Notes: generated by a model from the letters alone, not told the origin. Positions 29,180 to 39,080 are shown, counted from the first letter of the stretch. The stretch: 64,000 nucleotides of DNA from Anaerolineae bacterium (GCA_963675785.1 OY776562.1:2144001-2208000), one strand, 5' to 3'. Numbers and translations: made by a program.

Positions 29180-29932
29180 CTACTCCTCAATGCCGTTGAG
29201 AATGGCAATGCCCGCACTAGCCCCAATGCGGCTAGCGCCTGCGGAAACCATGGCGATGGCCTTTTCGACATCGCGAATACCGCCCGCAGCCTTGACACCC
29301 ATCTCCGGACCGACCACATAACGCATCAGGCGAACATCTTCAACCGTAGCGCCGCCCGGGCCAAAGCCGGTAGAGGTCTTGGCGAAATCGGCGTCAGCCT
29401 CGACGATTAGGCGGCAAGCCTCGACTTTTTCCAGATCAGTCAACAGCGCCGCCTCGATGATGACCTTACAGACAGCCCCCTTGACATGGCAAGCATCGGC
29501 CACAGCCTTGATATCCTTGTAGACAGATTCAAATTTGCCCGCCTTCAAACCGCCCACATGAATGACCATGTCGATCTCTCGGGCACCCGCTTTGAGGGCG
29601 TATCTGGTCTCCGCCACTTTGGCTTCGGTAGCGCTAGCCCCCAAAGGAAACCCAACCACACAGCAGACATCCACATCCGTATCGGCCAATGCCTTGGCAC
29701 AACGCGCCGCATACACCGTGTTCACACAAACCGAGGCGAACTGATATTCGCGCGCCTCTTGGCAAAGCAGATCGATCTGCTCTGGCGTCGCTTCTGCCTT
29801 GAGCACTGTGTGGTCGATCAAGCCGGCCATGGTAGTTTTGGTCAGTTTAACCGGCGCATCAACGGGCATGTTCTCGTTGTACTCGCTCAATAGGCGAGCG
29901 CTATCTTCTTCAAAGGTGGACCACGTTATCAT
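29180..29932 (-). CDS. deoC: Deoxyribose-phosphate aldolase
   Basis: IDHTVLK, VVGFPLG, KVIIE, KTSTGF, KAAGGIR, RIGAS. ATG 29932 follows AAGGAGG. Confidence 0.96.
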   Translation of the reverse strand: MITWSTFEEDSARLLSEYNENMPVDAPVKLTKTTMAGLIDHTVLKAEATPEQIDLLCQEAREYQFASVCVNTVYAARCAKALADTDVDVCCVVGFPLGASATEAKVAETRYALKAGAREIDMVIHVGGLKAGKFESVYKDIKAVADACHVKGAVCKVIIEAALLTDLEKVEACRLIVEADADFAKTSTGFGPGGATVEDVRLMRYVVGPEMGVKAAGGIRDVEKAIAMVSAGASRIGASAGIAILNGIEE

Positions 29933-30029
29933 TCCGGGCCTCCTTGCGCGGTGTTGATCATACTGAACATTATAACTGGCTGCCTGTGCACGCACAAAGA
30001 GCGGCGCCGTGACAATGCCAGAAGAACTG

Positions 30030-30440
30030 CTAGAGTTGATCAGGTGTAAAGGAACGCGGCAACAGCTCGTCCATGCTATAGCGCTCGACGTTGCCCCGGG
30101 TATCGGCAATCAACACTGTAAGCTCGGGGGCAAACTCAGCCATCACCTGCCGACAGGCGCCACAAGGCGAGGAAGCGTTTTCGGTCACCACGGCAAGCGC
30201 TATGAACTCGCGCTCTCCTCCAGAAACCGCCGTAAAGATGGCCGTACGTTCGGCACAGTTGGTCAACCCATACGAGGCATTCTCGACGTTCACACCTGTG
30301 TAGATGTGCCCTAATACCGTACGCAGGGCCGCCCCTACCTTGAAATGCGAATAGGGCGCATAAGCCCTTTCGCGCGCTTCGGTAGCCGCTTGTACAAGCT
30401 CGGCCTCACGAGGATTCAGTTCCTCAATCCTGGTCTTCAT
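30030..30440 (-). CDS. cdd: Cytidine deaminase
   Basis: AYAPYSHFKVGAA, NVENASYGLTNCAER, PCGACRQ. Confidence 0.97.
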   Translation of the reverse strand: MKTRIEELNPREAELVQAATEARERAYAPYSHFKVGAALRTVLGHIYTGVNVENASYGLTNCAERTAIFTAVSGGEREFIALAVVTENASSPCGACRQVMAEFAPELTVLIADTRGNVERYSMDELLPRSFTPDQL

Positions 30441-31797
30441 CGACCCTCTCCATTTTGCGAATCTCGCGCGCAGGCTGCCCGTAGGCCAGCATATCGTCGC
30501 CAACCGGATGCGTCACCACAGAACCTGCACCCAGTTTGGCGCGCTCACCAATCTGCGCGGGAGCCACGATTAGCGAGCCGCTGCCGATAAAGGCGTCACG
30601 TCCGATAACCGTGGGATGTTTGTTGACGCCGTCATAGTTGCAGGTGATGGTGCCAGCGCCGATATTGACGTCTTCCCCCACCTGGGCATCACCCAAATAG
30701 GAAAAATGGCCCATCTTGGTGCCCGGCGCCAAATACGAGTTCTTCACCTCGCCAAAATTGCCCATGTGCACACCCTCGCCCAGGTGTGCTCCCTTGCGCA
30801 GGTGGCCAAAGGGACCAATGTTCGCACCGTCATCCATGCGAGCTCCTTCCAACATGGAAGAAAGCACGGTACAGCCGTCGCCGATAATAGAACCCTCGAT
30901 AATGGTATTAGGGCCGATAGAGCAATCCTCGCCGATGACAGTGCCGGCGCGCAGATGCGTGTTGGGATAGATCACCGTGTCGCGGCCAATGACCACGTCG
31001 ACATCGATATAGGTCGAGGTGGGATCGGTGATGGACACGCCATTGAGCATGTGCTCCTGGTTGATACGTTTGTGCAGAATGCGAGTACATTCCGCCAGAT
31101 GAACGCGGTTGTTCACTCCCTGAATCTCTTCCACATCGTCAATGCAAACGACTTTGATGGACTCGCCCGCCGAGGCTGCCAGATCGACCACGTCTGGCAA
31201 ATAATACTCATTCTTGGGTGGCGTGGGCTCGATGCGCTGAATATTCTCCCACAGCCAGTCGGCGTCAAAGCAGTACACACCGCAGTTTAGCTCACGAATG
31301 GCCAGCACCTCGGGAGAAGCCGCTGCCTCTTCGACGATAGCCTGTACCTTGCCTTTAGCATCGCGCACCACACGGCCAAAGCCCATAGGATCCTCAGCGA
31401 TGACGCTCAGCAGGGCAAACACGGCATCACTCTCACGCTGCCTTGCGACCAGCGCCGCCAGCGTCTCAGCGCGCAAGGCGGGCATATCGCCATAGAATAC
31501 GAGTACGCTATTAGCACCAAAATCCTCTACGGCCTTTTGGGCCTGCATCACGGCGTGAGCCGTGCCCAAGCGCTGTTCCTGCAGCACAAAGGTCACGCCC
31601 TGGCCCACATGCTCACGCACGGCATCGGCGTCATTGCCTACCACCAGCACGATTTGGTCCGAGCCGATAGCGCGAGCCGCCGCCACAGACCAATCCACCA
31701 TCGGCCGCCCACAAACAGGATGTAGCACCTTGTTCAGTTTGGATTTAAGCCGAGTACCCTGGCCAGCCGCCAGAATCACCGTGGATAGTCTGTGCAT
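30424..31797 (-). CDS. glmU: Bifunctional UDP-GlcNAc pyrophosphorylase/GlcN-1-P acetyltransferase
   Basis: LAAGQGTRLKS..KVLH, EYYLPD, hexapeptide repeats, GAGTITCNYDG. Confidence 0.97.
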   Translation of the reverse strand: MHRLSTVILAAGQGTRLKSKLNKVLHPVCGRPMVDWSVAAARAIGSDQIVLVVGNDADAVREHVGQGVTFVLQEQRLGTAHAVMQAQKAVEDFGANSVLVFYGDMPALRAETLAALVARQRESDAVFALLSVIAEDPMGFGRVVRDAKGKVQAIVEEAAASPEVLAIRELNCGVYCFDADWLWENIQRIEPTPPKNEYYLPDVVDLAASAGESIKVVCIDDVEEIQGVNNRVHLAECTRILHKRINQEHMLNGVSITDPTSTYIDVDVVIGRDTVIYPNTHLRAGTVIGEDCSIGPNTIIEGSIIGDGCTVLSSMLEGARMDDGANIGPFGHLRKGAHLGEGVHMGNFGEVKNSYLAPGTKMGHFSYLGDAQVGEDVNIGAGTITCNYDGVNKHPTVIGRDAFIGSGSLIVAPAQIGERAKLGAGSVVTHPVGDDMLAYGQPAREIRKMERVDEDQD

Positions 31798-31817
31798 CCA
31801 ATGCCTCCCCTATAGAC

Positions 31818-31865
31818 AAAGAACCAGGTATGCGCGCTTGCAGCCAAGGCACAACCTGGTTCTTT
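31818..31865 (-). terminator. Long hairpin between tRNA-Gln and glmU
   Basis: AAAGAACCAGGT...ACCTGGTTCTTT 12-bp outer stem. Confidence 0.55.
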
Positions 31866-31902
31866 ACGAGCACCGCATACGCTGTACCGGCGCTATCAGT
31901 AG

Positions 31903-31974
31903 CTGGGGCGGAAGGATTCGAACCTCCGAATAGCGGCTCCAAAAGCCGCTGCCTTACCGCTTGGCGACGCCCCA
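31903..31974 (-). tRNA. tRNA-Gln (TTG), CCA not encoded
   Basis: TGGGGCG acceptor, GCGGC-TTTTGGA-GCCGC anticodon arm, GGTTCGAATCC. Confidence 0.96.
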
Positions 31975-32044
31975 ATAACAATCTGGATTCTAGCACAACT
32001 ACCATGTTGAGCAAAAATCCACTCCTCGCAGGAACAATAACCCG

Positions 32045-32884
32045 CTAACAACAGCCCAGTGTGTGTAGTTCTGTTGCCAGCGCCAGCCACTCGGCGATAT
32101 CGAGTTTTTGCGCACGAATCGCTGCAGGCAATCCGGCAGCCTGTAGGGCTTGCCGAGCAATCTGGTCATCACACGGGAGGTTGCTAGCCAAAGCATTGTG
32201 CAACTGCTTGCGCTTTTGGCCAAAACCAGCTCTTGCCACTTTGAAAAAGCGCTCGCGCTCATCGACAGAAACCAGCGGCTGCGGATGAGACGTGATTACC
32301 AAAACAGCCGAATCTACTTTTGGAGCAGGATAAAAGGAAGCTGCCGGCACATGCAAAGCAAGACGCGGTTTGCCATACACTTGTACACTCAAAGCCAGCA
32401 AGCTCATGTTACCAGGCACCGCGACGATGCGCTGAGCTACTTCACGCTGCACCATGACGGTGAGCTGCTCAGGCACCAGTTCAGCCTCCAGTAGGTGCCG
32501 CAACACCGCTGAAGTGATGTAATAGGGTAGGTTAGCAACCACCTTATAATGCAGCCCCTCATCCATCGGCACAATCTCGGCAGGATTGATCGCCAAAATA
32601 TCATTGTGAACGATGGTTACATTCTCGCAACTGCCCAACTCTGACTCTAGAACGGGAATAAGCCGGTCATCCAGCTCGACCGCAACAACGTGCCGGGCTC
32701 GCTCGGCCAGCAACCGGGTAAGCACGCCCACACCCGGCCCCACTTCAAGCACCACATCATCTGAAGAGATATCGCTGGCTTCGACAGTGCGTTCCATGAT
32801 GGAACCCTGAACCAAAAAGTTCTGTCCAAGACCCTTGGAAGGGCGAATTCCATAGCGGCGCAAAACAGCACGTGGGTCTAGCAA
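32045..32884 (-). CDS. rsmA: 16S rRNA m6,2A dimethyltransferase KsgA
   Basis: KGLGQNFL, EVGPGVG, ANLPYYI, PAPKVDS. Confidence 0.97.
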   Translation of the reverse strand: MLDPRAVLRRYGIRPSKGLGQNFLVQGSIMERTVEASDISSDDVVLEVGPGVGVLTRLLAERARHVVAVELDDRLIPVLESELGSCENVTIVHNDILAINPAEIVPMDEGLHYKVVANLPYYITSAVLRHLLEAELVPEQLTVMVQREVAQRIVAVPGNMSLLALSVQVYGKPRLALHVPAASFYPAPKVDSAVLVITSHPQPLVSVDERERFFKVARAGFGQKRKQLHNALASNLPCDDQIARQALQAAGLPAAIRAQKLDIAEWLALATELHTLGCC

Positions 32885-32889
32885 AACAG

Positions 32890-34398
32890 TTATTCCTTCT
32901 CTATCGGGTTATTGGGTATCTGCCAGGTAATGTTGCTTGCTGAGGGCACTGGCGTTAACAGATAAACATTCACCCATCTATACCACATGACCAAGTTATC
33001 ATCATCATAACAGAGATCGATGTGTCGGTCGACAATGGCACTACCCGTATCAGCCGCCGTGGCCTTGCCATAGCCAGGCACATAGACTTGCGTGCCCAAC
33101 GGAATCACATCGGGATCCACGGCCACAATGCCCTTGGCAGCCCGCCAGCCTAATACTGTATACCCGTACCACGATGCCCAGGGCGGCGTGCCCGCCGTGG
33201 CCGCATTATAAGAAGTGGCCAACATGCGCACTACACGCCAATAGGTGATCTCACCCGCTTCGGGAGTAGAGAGGGTTCGCTCGACGATCTGCGTCCCATA
33301 GTGAGTCTCTCGATCCTCCGGTTCGCGTTCGAGCCAGCTCTGCACCTCAGTGCGGTAGGTCTCTTGGCCGTTCACATAGTGCACGCGCACCAACGTACGC
33401 TCGGCACCTTCAGAGCCCCAGTCCACTATCTGCGAGTTGTCAATTTCGAGTGTAGGGTCCCCAAGAACCACTGCATCATAAGGCACAGGAACTTCTTGGA
33501 GGACGTACTCATCGTGCACACGCACGACATTGACCACATCGCCACCCAGTATCTCAGTAGATTCCCCCGGCAGCACATAGTCGTCAGGGCCCAGGGTAAT
33601 CCCCTCGGCCTCCAATAGCTCTGTCACGGTGTCGGCCTGGGTGTACACCGATTGCTGCGTTCCGCCCACATCCAGCAAAACCGATGTAGCGCGCTGGATG
33701 GTGACACTCATACCCGAAGTAACCGGCTCGTTCTGCGCCGGGGTCACCACGTCACCGTCGCGCACAGTAATACCTTGTTCATACAAGGCCTGGCCCACGG
33801 TGCGTGCCGAAGTAAAGCCAACGTTGGTCAAAGAGCCATCTTGAACAGTAAAGGGCACCGCCCGTCGGACGTTCACCACGATGGGATCGCGCCAATTCTC
33901 TAGCACCCGGGAAACGGTTTCATCCGAAGCAATCTCGGGGAGGGGAAGAGCAGCATACAAATCGGTCTCGATGCCGTTCACATAAAAGCGATCGTTAGGG
34001 TAGATGGAAACACCGAGATCATAGAGGGCTTCACGCAGGTTGGAACCGAGGGAATAGGCACGCGTTACCTGTCCATCCTGCACCAGTGCCACGTCACGCG
34101 CCGCCGTAATCGAGATGGGTAGCCCCGCCCAGAGTTCTTCATCAGAAGGGATGACCACCACATCGTCTTCCCCGATGCTCAGATCGAGCTCTTCGAGTAC
34201 GGCCTCCCCGGTGGTCTCGTGGGTATGATACGCCAACACCACCCCGTTGATATCGATTGAAACAGTTCGTTGTGTGTATTGATAGATGCCATAGAACAAA
34301 GCACCAGCGACGCACAAAGACACCGCTATGCCTATGGTTTTGCCAACATGTTTCTTTAGTGGACCGGCTGCATCTTGAGCAGTCAGAGTCTCACTCAT
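32890..34398 (-). CDS. YabE/RpfB-like membrane-anchored protein (DUF348 repeats, G5, 3D lytic transglycosylase-like domain)
   Basis: N-terminal TM, T(V/L)xEAL..GI repeats, VAVDPDVIPLGTQVYVPGYG..AADTGSAI..HIDL; sits upstream of rsmA as yabE/rpfB do. Confidence 0.88.
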   Translation of the reverse strand: MSETLTAQDAAGPLKKHVGKTIGIAVSLCVAGALFYGIYQYTQRTVSIDINGVVLAYHTHETTGEAVLEELDLSIGEDDVVVIPSDEELWAGLPISITAARDVALVQDGQVTRAYSLGSNLREALYDLGVSIYPNDRFYVNGIETDLYAALPLPEIASDETVSRVLENWRDPIVVNVRRAVPFTVQDGSLTNVGFTSARTVGQALYEQGITVRDGDVVTPAQNEPVTSGMSVTIQRATSVLLDVGGTQQSVYTQADTVTELLEAEGITLGPDDYVLPGESTEILGGDVVNVVRVHDEYVLQEVPVPYDAVVLGDPTLEIDNSQIVDWGSEGAERTLVRVHYVNGQETYRTEVQSWLEREPEDRETHYGTQIVERTLSTPEAGEITYWRVVRMLATSYNAATAGTPPWASWYGYTVLGWRAAKGIVAVDPDVIPLGTQVYVPGYGKATAADTGSAIVDRHIDLCYDDDNLVMWYRWVNVYLLTPVPSASNITWQIPNNPIEKE

Positions 34399-35645
34399 GT
34401 TTGCTCCTCTCTGGCGGCATTTTCGCCGGCAAGTCGGCCAGTGCAAAAGGCCATCTGCAGGTTGTAGCCGCCGCTATCGCCGGCAATGTCAATGACCTCG
34501 CCAGCCATATAGAGTCCGCGCACAATATTGGATTCCATCGTGCGTGGATTGAGCTCTCTGGTGGAAACGCCGCCCACGGTCACCATTCCGCGTTCCAGCG
34601 GACGGGTACCGTCAATTTGGACGGACATACGTTTGAGCTGCTTTACCAGGCGGGATCGCGCAGCTGTCGTAAGTTGTGCAACAGCCAAATGCTCGTCGAT
34701 CTCGCATTTATATAAAATCACTGCGGCCAGACCAGCAGGTACGAATTCGCGCAACAGATCCATTACAATCTGAATACGCTTTTCTTTGGCCAGGCGCAAT
34801 AATGCACTATCAAGCTCTTGCTCGTTCAAATTGGGAGTGAGATCTAATTGGAGCAAGAGGGACTGTTCAGGCCGCAATTCACGAGCCACAAACAGCGAAA
34901 GGGAAAGAATGGCTGGCCCCGAAAGGCCGTCATGGGCGAATAGCAGGCTGCCATGGTGAGAGCCGAGCTTGCGTTCATCAGCATAGAGTGTCACTGCTAC
35001 ATCCGACACGCTAATACCCTGCAAACTTGCCAACCAGGGATCAGAACAACGCATACCCACCAATCCGGGTTTGGGGTCGAATACGGTGTGCCCCAAGCGG
35101 TGGGCCCAGGAATAACCATCGCCCGAAGAGCCAGTGTGGGGATAAGTAGCCCCACCCGTGCAAAGCACTATAGCATCAGCAGGTAGCGTTTCACCCGAAC
35201 GAAGCCTGACCCCGGTAACTTGGCCACCTTCAACTACAATATCGTCCACTGCCGAGCAATACCGGATTTCAACACCGATACGTTCGCAGGCTTTGACCAA
35301 GCACTGTACAACGTCCAAAGCCTCGTTCGAGCGCGGGAAAACCTTGCCTTCAGCGTCCACATAAGTGGGGACGCCACGCTCCTCTAAAAAGAATCGCAGA
35401 TCCTCAACAGGAAAACGTTCCAACGCCCCACGCACGAATCGTCCGCGCGGAACGACATGGCTCGCGAAATCAGCAGGATCGCAGGTATTTGCCAAATTAC
35501 AGCGCCTGTTGCCGGTCAAACGCATTTTGGCGCCGGGAATATCCATCTTTTCCAGCAGAATGACCCTTGCACCGGCAGACGCTGCGCTCTCTGCTGCCAT
35601 CAGCCCAGACGCACCGGCCCCGATGACAACGACGTTCTTGGCCAT
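34395..35645 (-). CDS. HI0933/BaiN family flavoprotein
   Basis: GAGASG, K..TGNRRCN, GGATYPHTGSSGDG, VTVGGV, GGYNLQ. ATG 35645 follows GGAGG. Confidence 0.92.
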   Translation of the reverse strand: MAKNVVVIGAGASGLMAAESAASAGARVILLEKMDIPGAKMRLTGNRRCNLANTCDPADFASHVVPRGRFVRGALERFPVEDLRFFLEERGVPTYVDAEGKVFPRSNEALDVVQCLVKACERIGVEIRYCSAVDDIVVEGGQVTGVRLRSGETLPADAIVLCTGGATYPHTGSSGDGYSWAHRLGHTVFDPKPGLVGMRCSDPWLASLQGISVSDVAVTLYADERKLGSHHGSLLFAHDGLSGPAILSLSLFVARELRPEQSLLLQLDLTPNLNEQELDSALLRLAKEKRIQIVMDLLREFVPAGLAAVILYKCEIDEHLAVAQLTTAARSRLVKQLKRMSVQIDGTRPLERGMVTVGGVSTRELNPRTMESNIVRGLYMAGEVIDIAGDSGGYNLQMAFCTGRLAGENAAREEQT

Positions 35646-35697
35646 GAACCTCCAAAGAGACAGGGGCGGTGATGAGCCGCCCCTTTGACAGCAAAAT

Positions 35698-35961
35698 GTC
35701 GTGCATCCCACGTTGTGGCGACTCTACCGTCTTGTCCCAACAGACTAACTCGGACCAGGCTCTCCCTTGTCACCCAAAACGACCCGCTTACCGCTGCTTC
35801 CTTCCGGACCTGGCGGGGTTCACAGGGTTTTGCCGCAAAGGACCCAATCCTCAACATTAACCTGTCGAGCCAGACTCAGCGAACCGTCCCGCGATGGGCC
35901 TTCAGCCCCGCTGTAGCGGATTGCGAGTACAGGGCACCGCTAGCTCCCCGCCTAGCACGAC
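35698..35961 (-). ncRNA. ffs: Large (Alu-domain-containing) bacterial SRP RNA
   Basis: 5' GTCGTGCTAGGCGGGGAGCTAGCGGTGCCCTGTACTCGCAATCCGCT resembles Bacillus scRNA; helix 8 CCAGGTCCGGAAGGAAGCAGC; terminal GTCGTGC/GCACGAC pairing. Confidence 0.95.
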
Positions 35962-35967
35962 GATGAA

Positions 35968-35996
35968 AGCATAGCGTATGCTAAAAATTCTGTCAA
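35968..35996 (-). promoter_or_regulatory. Sigma70 promoter of SRP RNA
   Basis: TTGACA-17-TATGCT, placing +1 at the predicted RNA 5' end. Confidence 0.8.
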
Positions 35997-36170
35997 AGAA
36001 GGAGCTAGTTTTTACTTTAGTATAGTTCCTATAATTACCTTTTAACGATTTTATATTTGTTTTTAAGAAAATTGAGAATGCACCAGGAAGACTACAAAGA
36101 GAAGGCTGATCAACCCATGATCCTGCTAACTGGCAATCAGTTCCTAGGGCAAATGCGCTTTTCTCCAGGC

Positions 36171-36243
36171 TTGACACTTGTAATTGGTTAGGTATGATAT
36201 TCCGTATAAATTATACAATTCTTATAATTCCTACTTTTCATAC
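36171..36243 (+). promoter_or_regulatory. Promoter plus five 9-bp degenerate tandem repeats (candidate operator)
   Basis: TTGACA-16-TATGAT then ATTCCGTAT/AAATTATAC/AATTCTTAT/AATTCCTAC/TTTTCATAC. Confidence 0.6.
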
Positions 36244-36259
36244 TAAAAGGAGTTCTCCC

Positions 36260-36484
36260 ATGAATGCACCAAAGGGGAAATACGCTTGGACTGCAAAAGT
36301 TGGAGATAAAGGACAGATTGTGATTCCTCAACAGGCTCGTGAGGTCTTTGATATCAAACCGGGGGATACCCTGCTCCTTCTCGGTGATGAAGAGAGGGGT
36401 ATTGCCATTGTAAAAAACGACATCCTGCAGAAATTCGTCGATTCTGTATTGGGTGCCCAAGGAAATCCGGAGACAGAAGAATGA
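36260..36484 (+). CDS. AbrB/MazE/SpoVT family DNA-binding protein
   Basis: AKVGDKGQIVIPQQAREVFDIKPGDTL; AAGGAG RBS before ATG 36260. Confidence 0.92.
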   Translation: MNAPKGKYAWTAKVGDKGQIVIPQQAREVFDIKPGDTLLLLGDEERGIAIVKNDILQKFVDSVLGAQGNPETEE

Positions 36485-37215
36485 ATGCGATAGAAACTAT
36501 TGATCTAGCGAAACGATACGGAACAAAGACAGCTGTCGATTCACTCAACCTTACAGTCGAGCAAGGTGAGCTTTTCGCACTGCTCGGCGTAAACGGTGCG
36601 GGCAAGACGACTACCATCAAAATGCTATCGTGCCTGACCAAACCTACAAGCGGCGACGCCATTCTGCTGGGAGACAGCGTTATCTCCAACCCCCAAGCCG
36701 TAAAAGAAAAGATCAATATCTCGCCGCAGGAAACAGCTGTAGCTCGTAACCTGTCCGTCAAAGAAAACCTTGAAATGATAGCTCAAATCTACAGCAACAA
36801 TAGAATAGATGCGCGTATCAAGGCAGAGGAAATGCTGTTGACCCTCGGCCTTGGCGAGATTGCTCAAGACAAAGCCAAGACCTTGTCAGGAGGCATGCAG
36901 CGAAGGCTTAGTATCGCAATGGCGCTGATCTCGAATCCACAGATCCTTTTTCTTGATGAACCCACCCTAGGGCTTGATGTCCTCGCAAGGAGAGAACTGT
37001 GGTCTATCATGGAAAAGCTGAGAGGCAACATCACCATTGTTCTGACGACACACTATATGGAAGAGGCGAAAGCCCTTTCGGATAGAATTGGTATTATGGC
37101 CCAGGGCGAACTAAAAGCAGTGAATACAGCAGCAGAGTTGATGCGCAAAACACGGACGGAGACGCTCGAAGACGCTTTCATTGCGATTGCCTCAGAAAGT
37201 GAGATGTCCGAATGA
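36481..37215 (+). CDS. ABC-2 type transporter ATP-binding protein
   Basis: GVNGAGKTT, LSGGMQRR, LDEPTLGLD, TTHYMEEA. Confidence 0.95.
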   Translation: MNAIETIDLAKRYGTKTAVDSLNLTVEQGELFALLGVNGAGKTTTIKMLSCLTKPTSGDAILLGDSVISNPQAVKEKINISPQETAVARNLSVKENLEMIAQIYSNNRIDARIKAEEMLLTLGLGEIAQDKAKTLSGGMQRRLSIAMALISNPQILFLDEPTLGLDVLARRELWSIMEKLRGNITIVLTTHYMEEAKALSDRIGIMAQGELKAVNTAAELMRKTRTETLEDAFIAIASESEMSE

Positions 37216-37949
37216 GAACGCTTGCCTTTGCTTCGCGCAACCTCAAAGAGATGATGAGAGACCCATTGAACCTGGTCTTTGGCGTAGGGTTTCCATTAAT
37301 CATACTCTTGCTACTTTCTGCAATTCAGGCGAACATTCCTGTAAGCCTGTTCGAAATCGACAGGCTCACTCCAGGAATAGCCGTCTTTGGATTGTCATTC
37401 ATATCGCTCTTTTCGGGTACGCTGATCGCCAAAGACAGAAGCACCTCGTTTCTGATGCGCTTGTTCGCTTCACCGCTCTCTGCGTCCGATTTCATCCTCG
37501 GATACACCCTGCCGCTTTTGCCCATAGCAGTTCTGCAAAGTATCCTCTGTTTCATTGCAGCCCTATTTCTTGGGCTGCCACTCACGGCCAATATACTGGT
37601 AGCGCTAGTCGTGCTGATCCCGGCCGCACTCTTGTTCATCGGTATCGGACTCTTGGCGGGGAGTGTGCTCAATGACAAGCAGGTTGGTGGAGTCTGTGGC
37701 GCACTGCTCACTAATGTTAGCGCCTGGCTGAGCGGCACCTGGTTCGAGTTGGATCTGGTGGGAGGAGCCTTTCAAGCGGTCGCTTATGCGCTTCCGTTCG
37801 CTCATGCTGTCGATGCGACCAGAGCTGCCCTGGCAGGTGACTATGCTTCGATATTCCCCCACCTTTGGTGGGTACTGGGATATGCGCTTATAGTATTGGT
37901 CATCGCAGTAATCGTGTTCAAAAACAAAATGAACAGCGATAGCCTCTGA
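37212..37949 (+). CDS. ABC-2 type transporter permease
   Basis: Six TM segments, RLFASPL, LSGTWF, LPFAHAVDA. Confidence 0.92.
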   Translation: MRTLAFASRNLKEMMRDPLNLVFGVGFPLIILLLLSAIQANIPVSLFEIDRLTPGIAVFGLSFISLFSGTLIAKDRSTSFLMRLFASPLSASDFILGYTLPLLPIAVLQSILCFIAALFLGLPLTANILVALVVLIPAALLFIGIGLLAGSVLNDKQVGGVCGALLTNVSAWLSGTWFELDLVGGAFQAVAYALPFAHAVDATRAALAGDYASIFPHLWWVLGYALIVLVIAVIVFKNKMNSDSL

Positions 37950-38080
37950 GATTATGACAGCTATCTCGTTGGATCGTCATTTTTATAAGCGGCAACTTGT
38001 CGCAGAGCAACCATAGAAGACGGAGGATATGTTCCATAGTTAACAGTGAAATTGACGAAAACGATCAGTAGAAACGACAG

Positions 38081-38950
38081 ATGACTATGTGGATCATATT
38101 TGCATTTGGCTCTGCACTATTTGCAGGCCTTACATCAATCTTGGCCAAGTGTGGAATTAAAAAGACAGATTCTACGGTGGCAACTGCCATACGTACCATC
38201 GTAGTATTGTTATTTGCCTGGCTAATGGTATTTATCGTTGGCTCCCAGAATACAATTGCAAGTGTCAGCCGCGAAACAATGCTGTTCTTGATCTTGTCTG
38301 GATTAGCAACGGGAGCGTCCTGGCTCTGCTATTTCAAGGCATTGCAGCTTGGAGACGTGAACAAAGTAGTACCCATTGATAAATCCAGTACTGTTCTGAC
38401 AATGATCTTGGCATTTATCATTTTGGGTGAACCCTTTACCTTGGTTAAATTTGCGGGAATGGTAGCAATCGCCGTTGGTACCTATCTGATGATTCAGAAA
38501 AAGAATAGCGCAGAGCAGAAAAAAGAGAGCAAAGCATGGATGGTCTATGCAATGCTTTCGGCGGTATTTGCTAGCCTGACAGCTATTCTTGGCAAAATCG
38601 GTATCAGTGGCGTGGAATCCAACCTTGGTACGGCAATCCGCACTATTGTGGTTCTAGTCATGGCCTGGGTAATGGTATTCGTGACCGGCAAACAGAGAGA
38701 AATTAAGAAAATCGAGAAAAACGAACTGTTCTTTATCTGTTTATCCGGACTCGCAACCGGGGGTTCGTGGCTATGCTACTACAAGGCATTACAAGAAGGA
38801 CAGGCAAGCATCGTAGTACCGATCGATAAGCTAAGCATCCTTATCACCATTGCCTTTGCATATGTCATATTCAAAGAAAAATTGGTAAAAAAGTCCCTCC
38901 TTGGATTGGTCTTGATTACAGCGGGTACGTTAATCATGCTTATTCAGTAA
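38081..38950 (+). CDS. EamA/DMT family transporter
   Basis: Internal duplication with LSGLATGxSWLCY(F/Y)KALQ and VVPIDK in both halves. Confidence 0.93.
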   Translation: MTMWIIFAFGSALFAGLTSILAKCGIKKTDSTVATAIRTIVVLLFAWLMVFIVGSQNTIASVSRETMLFLILSGLATGASWLCYFKALQLGDVNKVVPIDKSSTVLTMILAFIILGEPFTLVKFAGMVAIAVGTYLMIQKKNSAEQKKESKAWMVYAMLSAVFASLTAILGKIGISGVESNLGTAIRTIVVLVMAWVMVFVTGKQREIKKIEKNELFFICLSGLATGGSWLCYYKALQEGQASIVVPIDKLSILITIAFAYVIFKEKLVKKSLLGLVLITAGTLIMLIQ

Positions 38951-39080
38951 GGGCTTGGGCAAATAGAAGAATATCGGATACGCGCATAGACTAGTATGCT
39001 ATCCAAAATGATGACACCCTGCCCCTTGTCCAAGAGTTAGTCACGCTGTTCAAGAACACATCACACAGTTGACGATGCTC

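Noticed and set aside
35600-35966. Small ORFs across this interval
   Set aside because: Explained by the SRP RNA
35997-36170. attR copy of the tRNA-Ser 3' end or an integrase remnant
   Set aside because: No duplication of TGGCGGAGAGGG and no integrase-like ORF seen, so no mobile element was called
38022-38043. GGAGG followed by ATG, mini-ORF MFHS
   Set aside because: RBS-to-start spacing of 2 nt is too short
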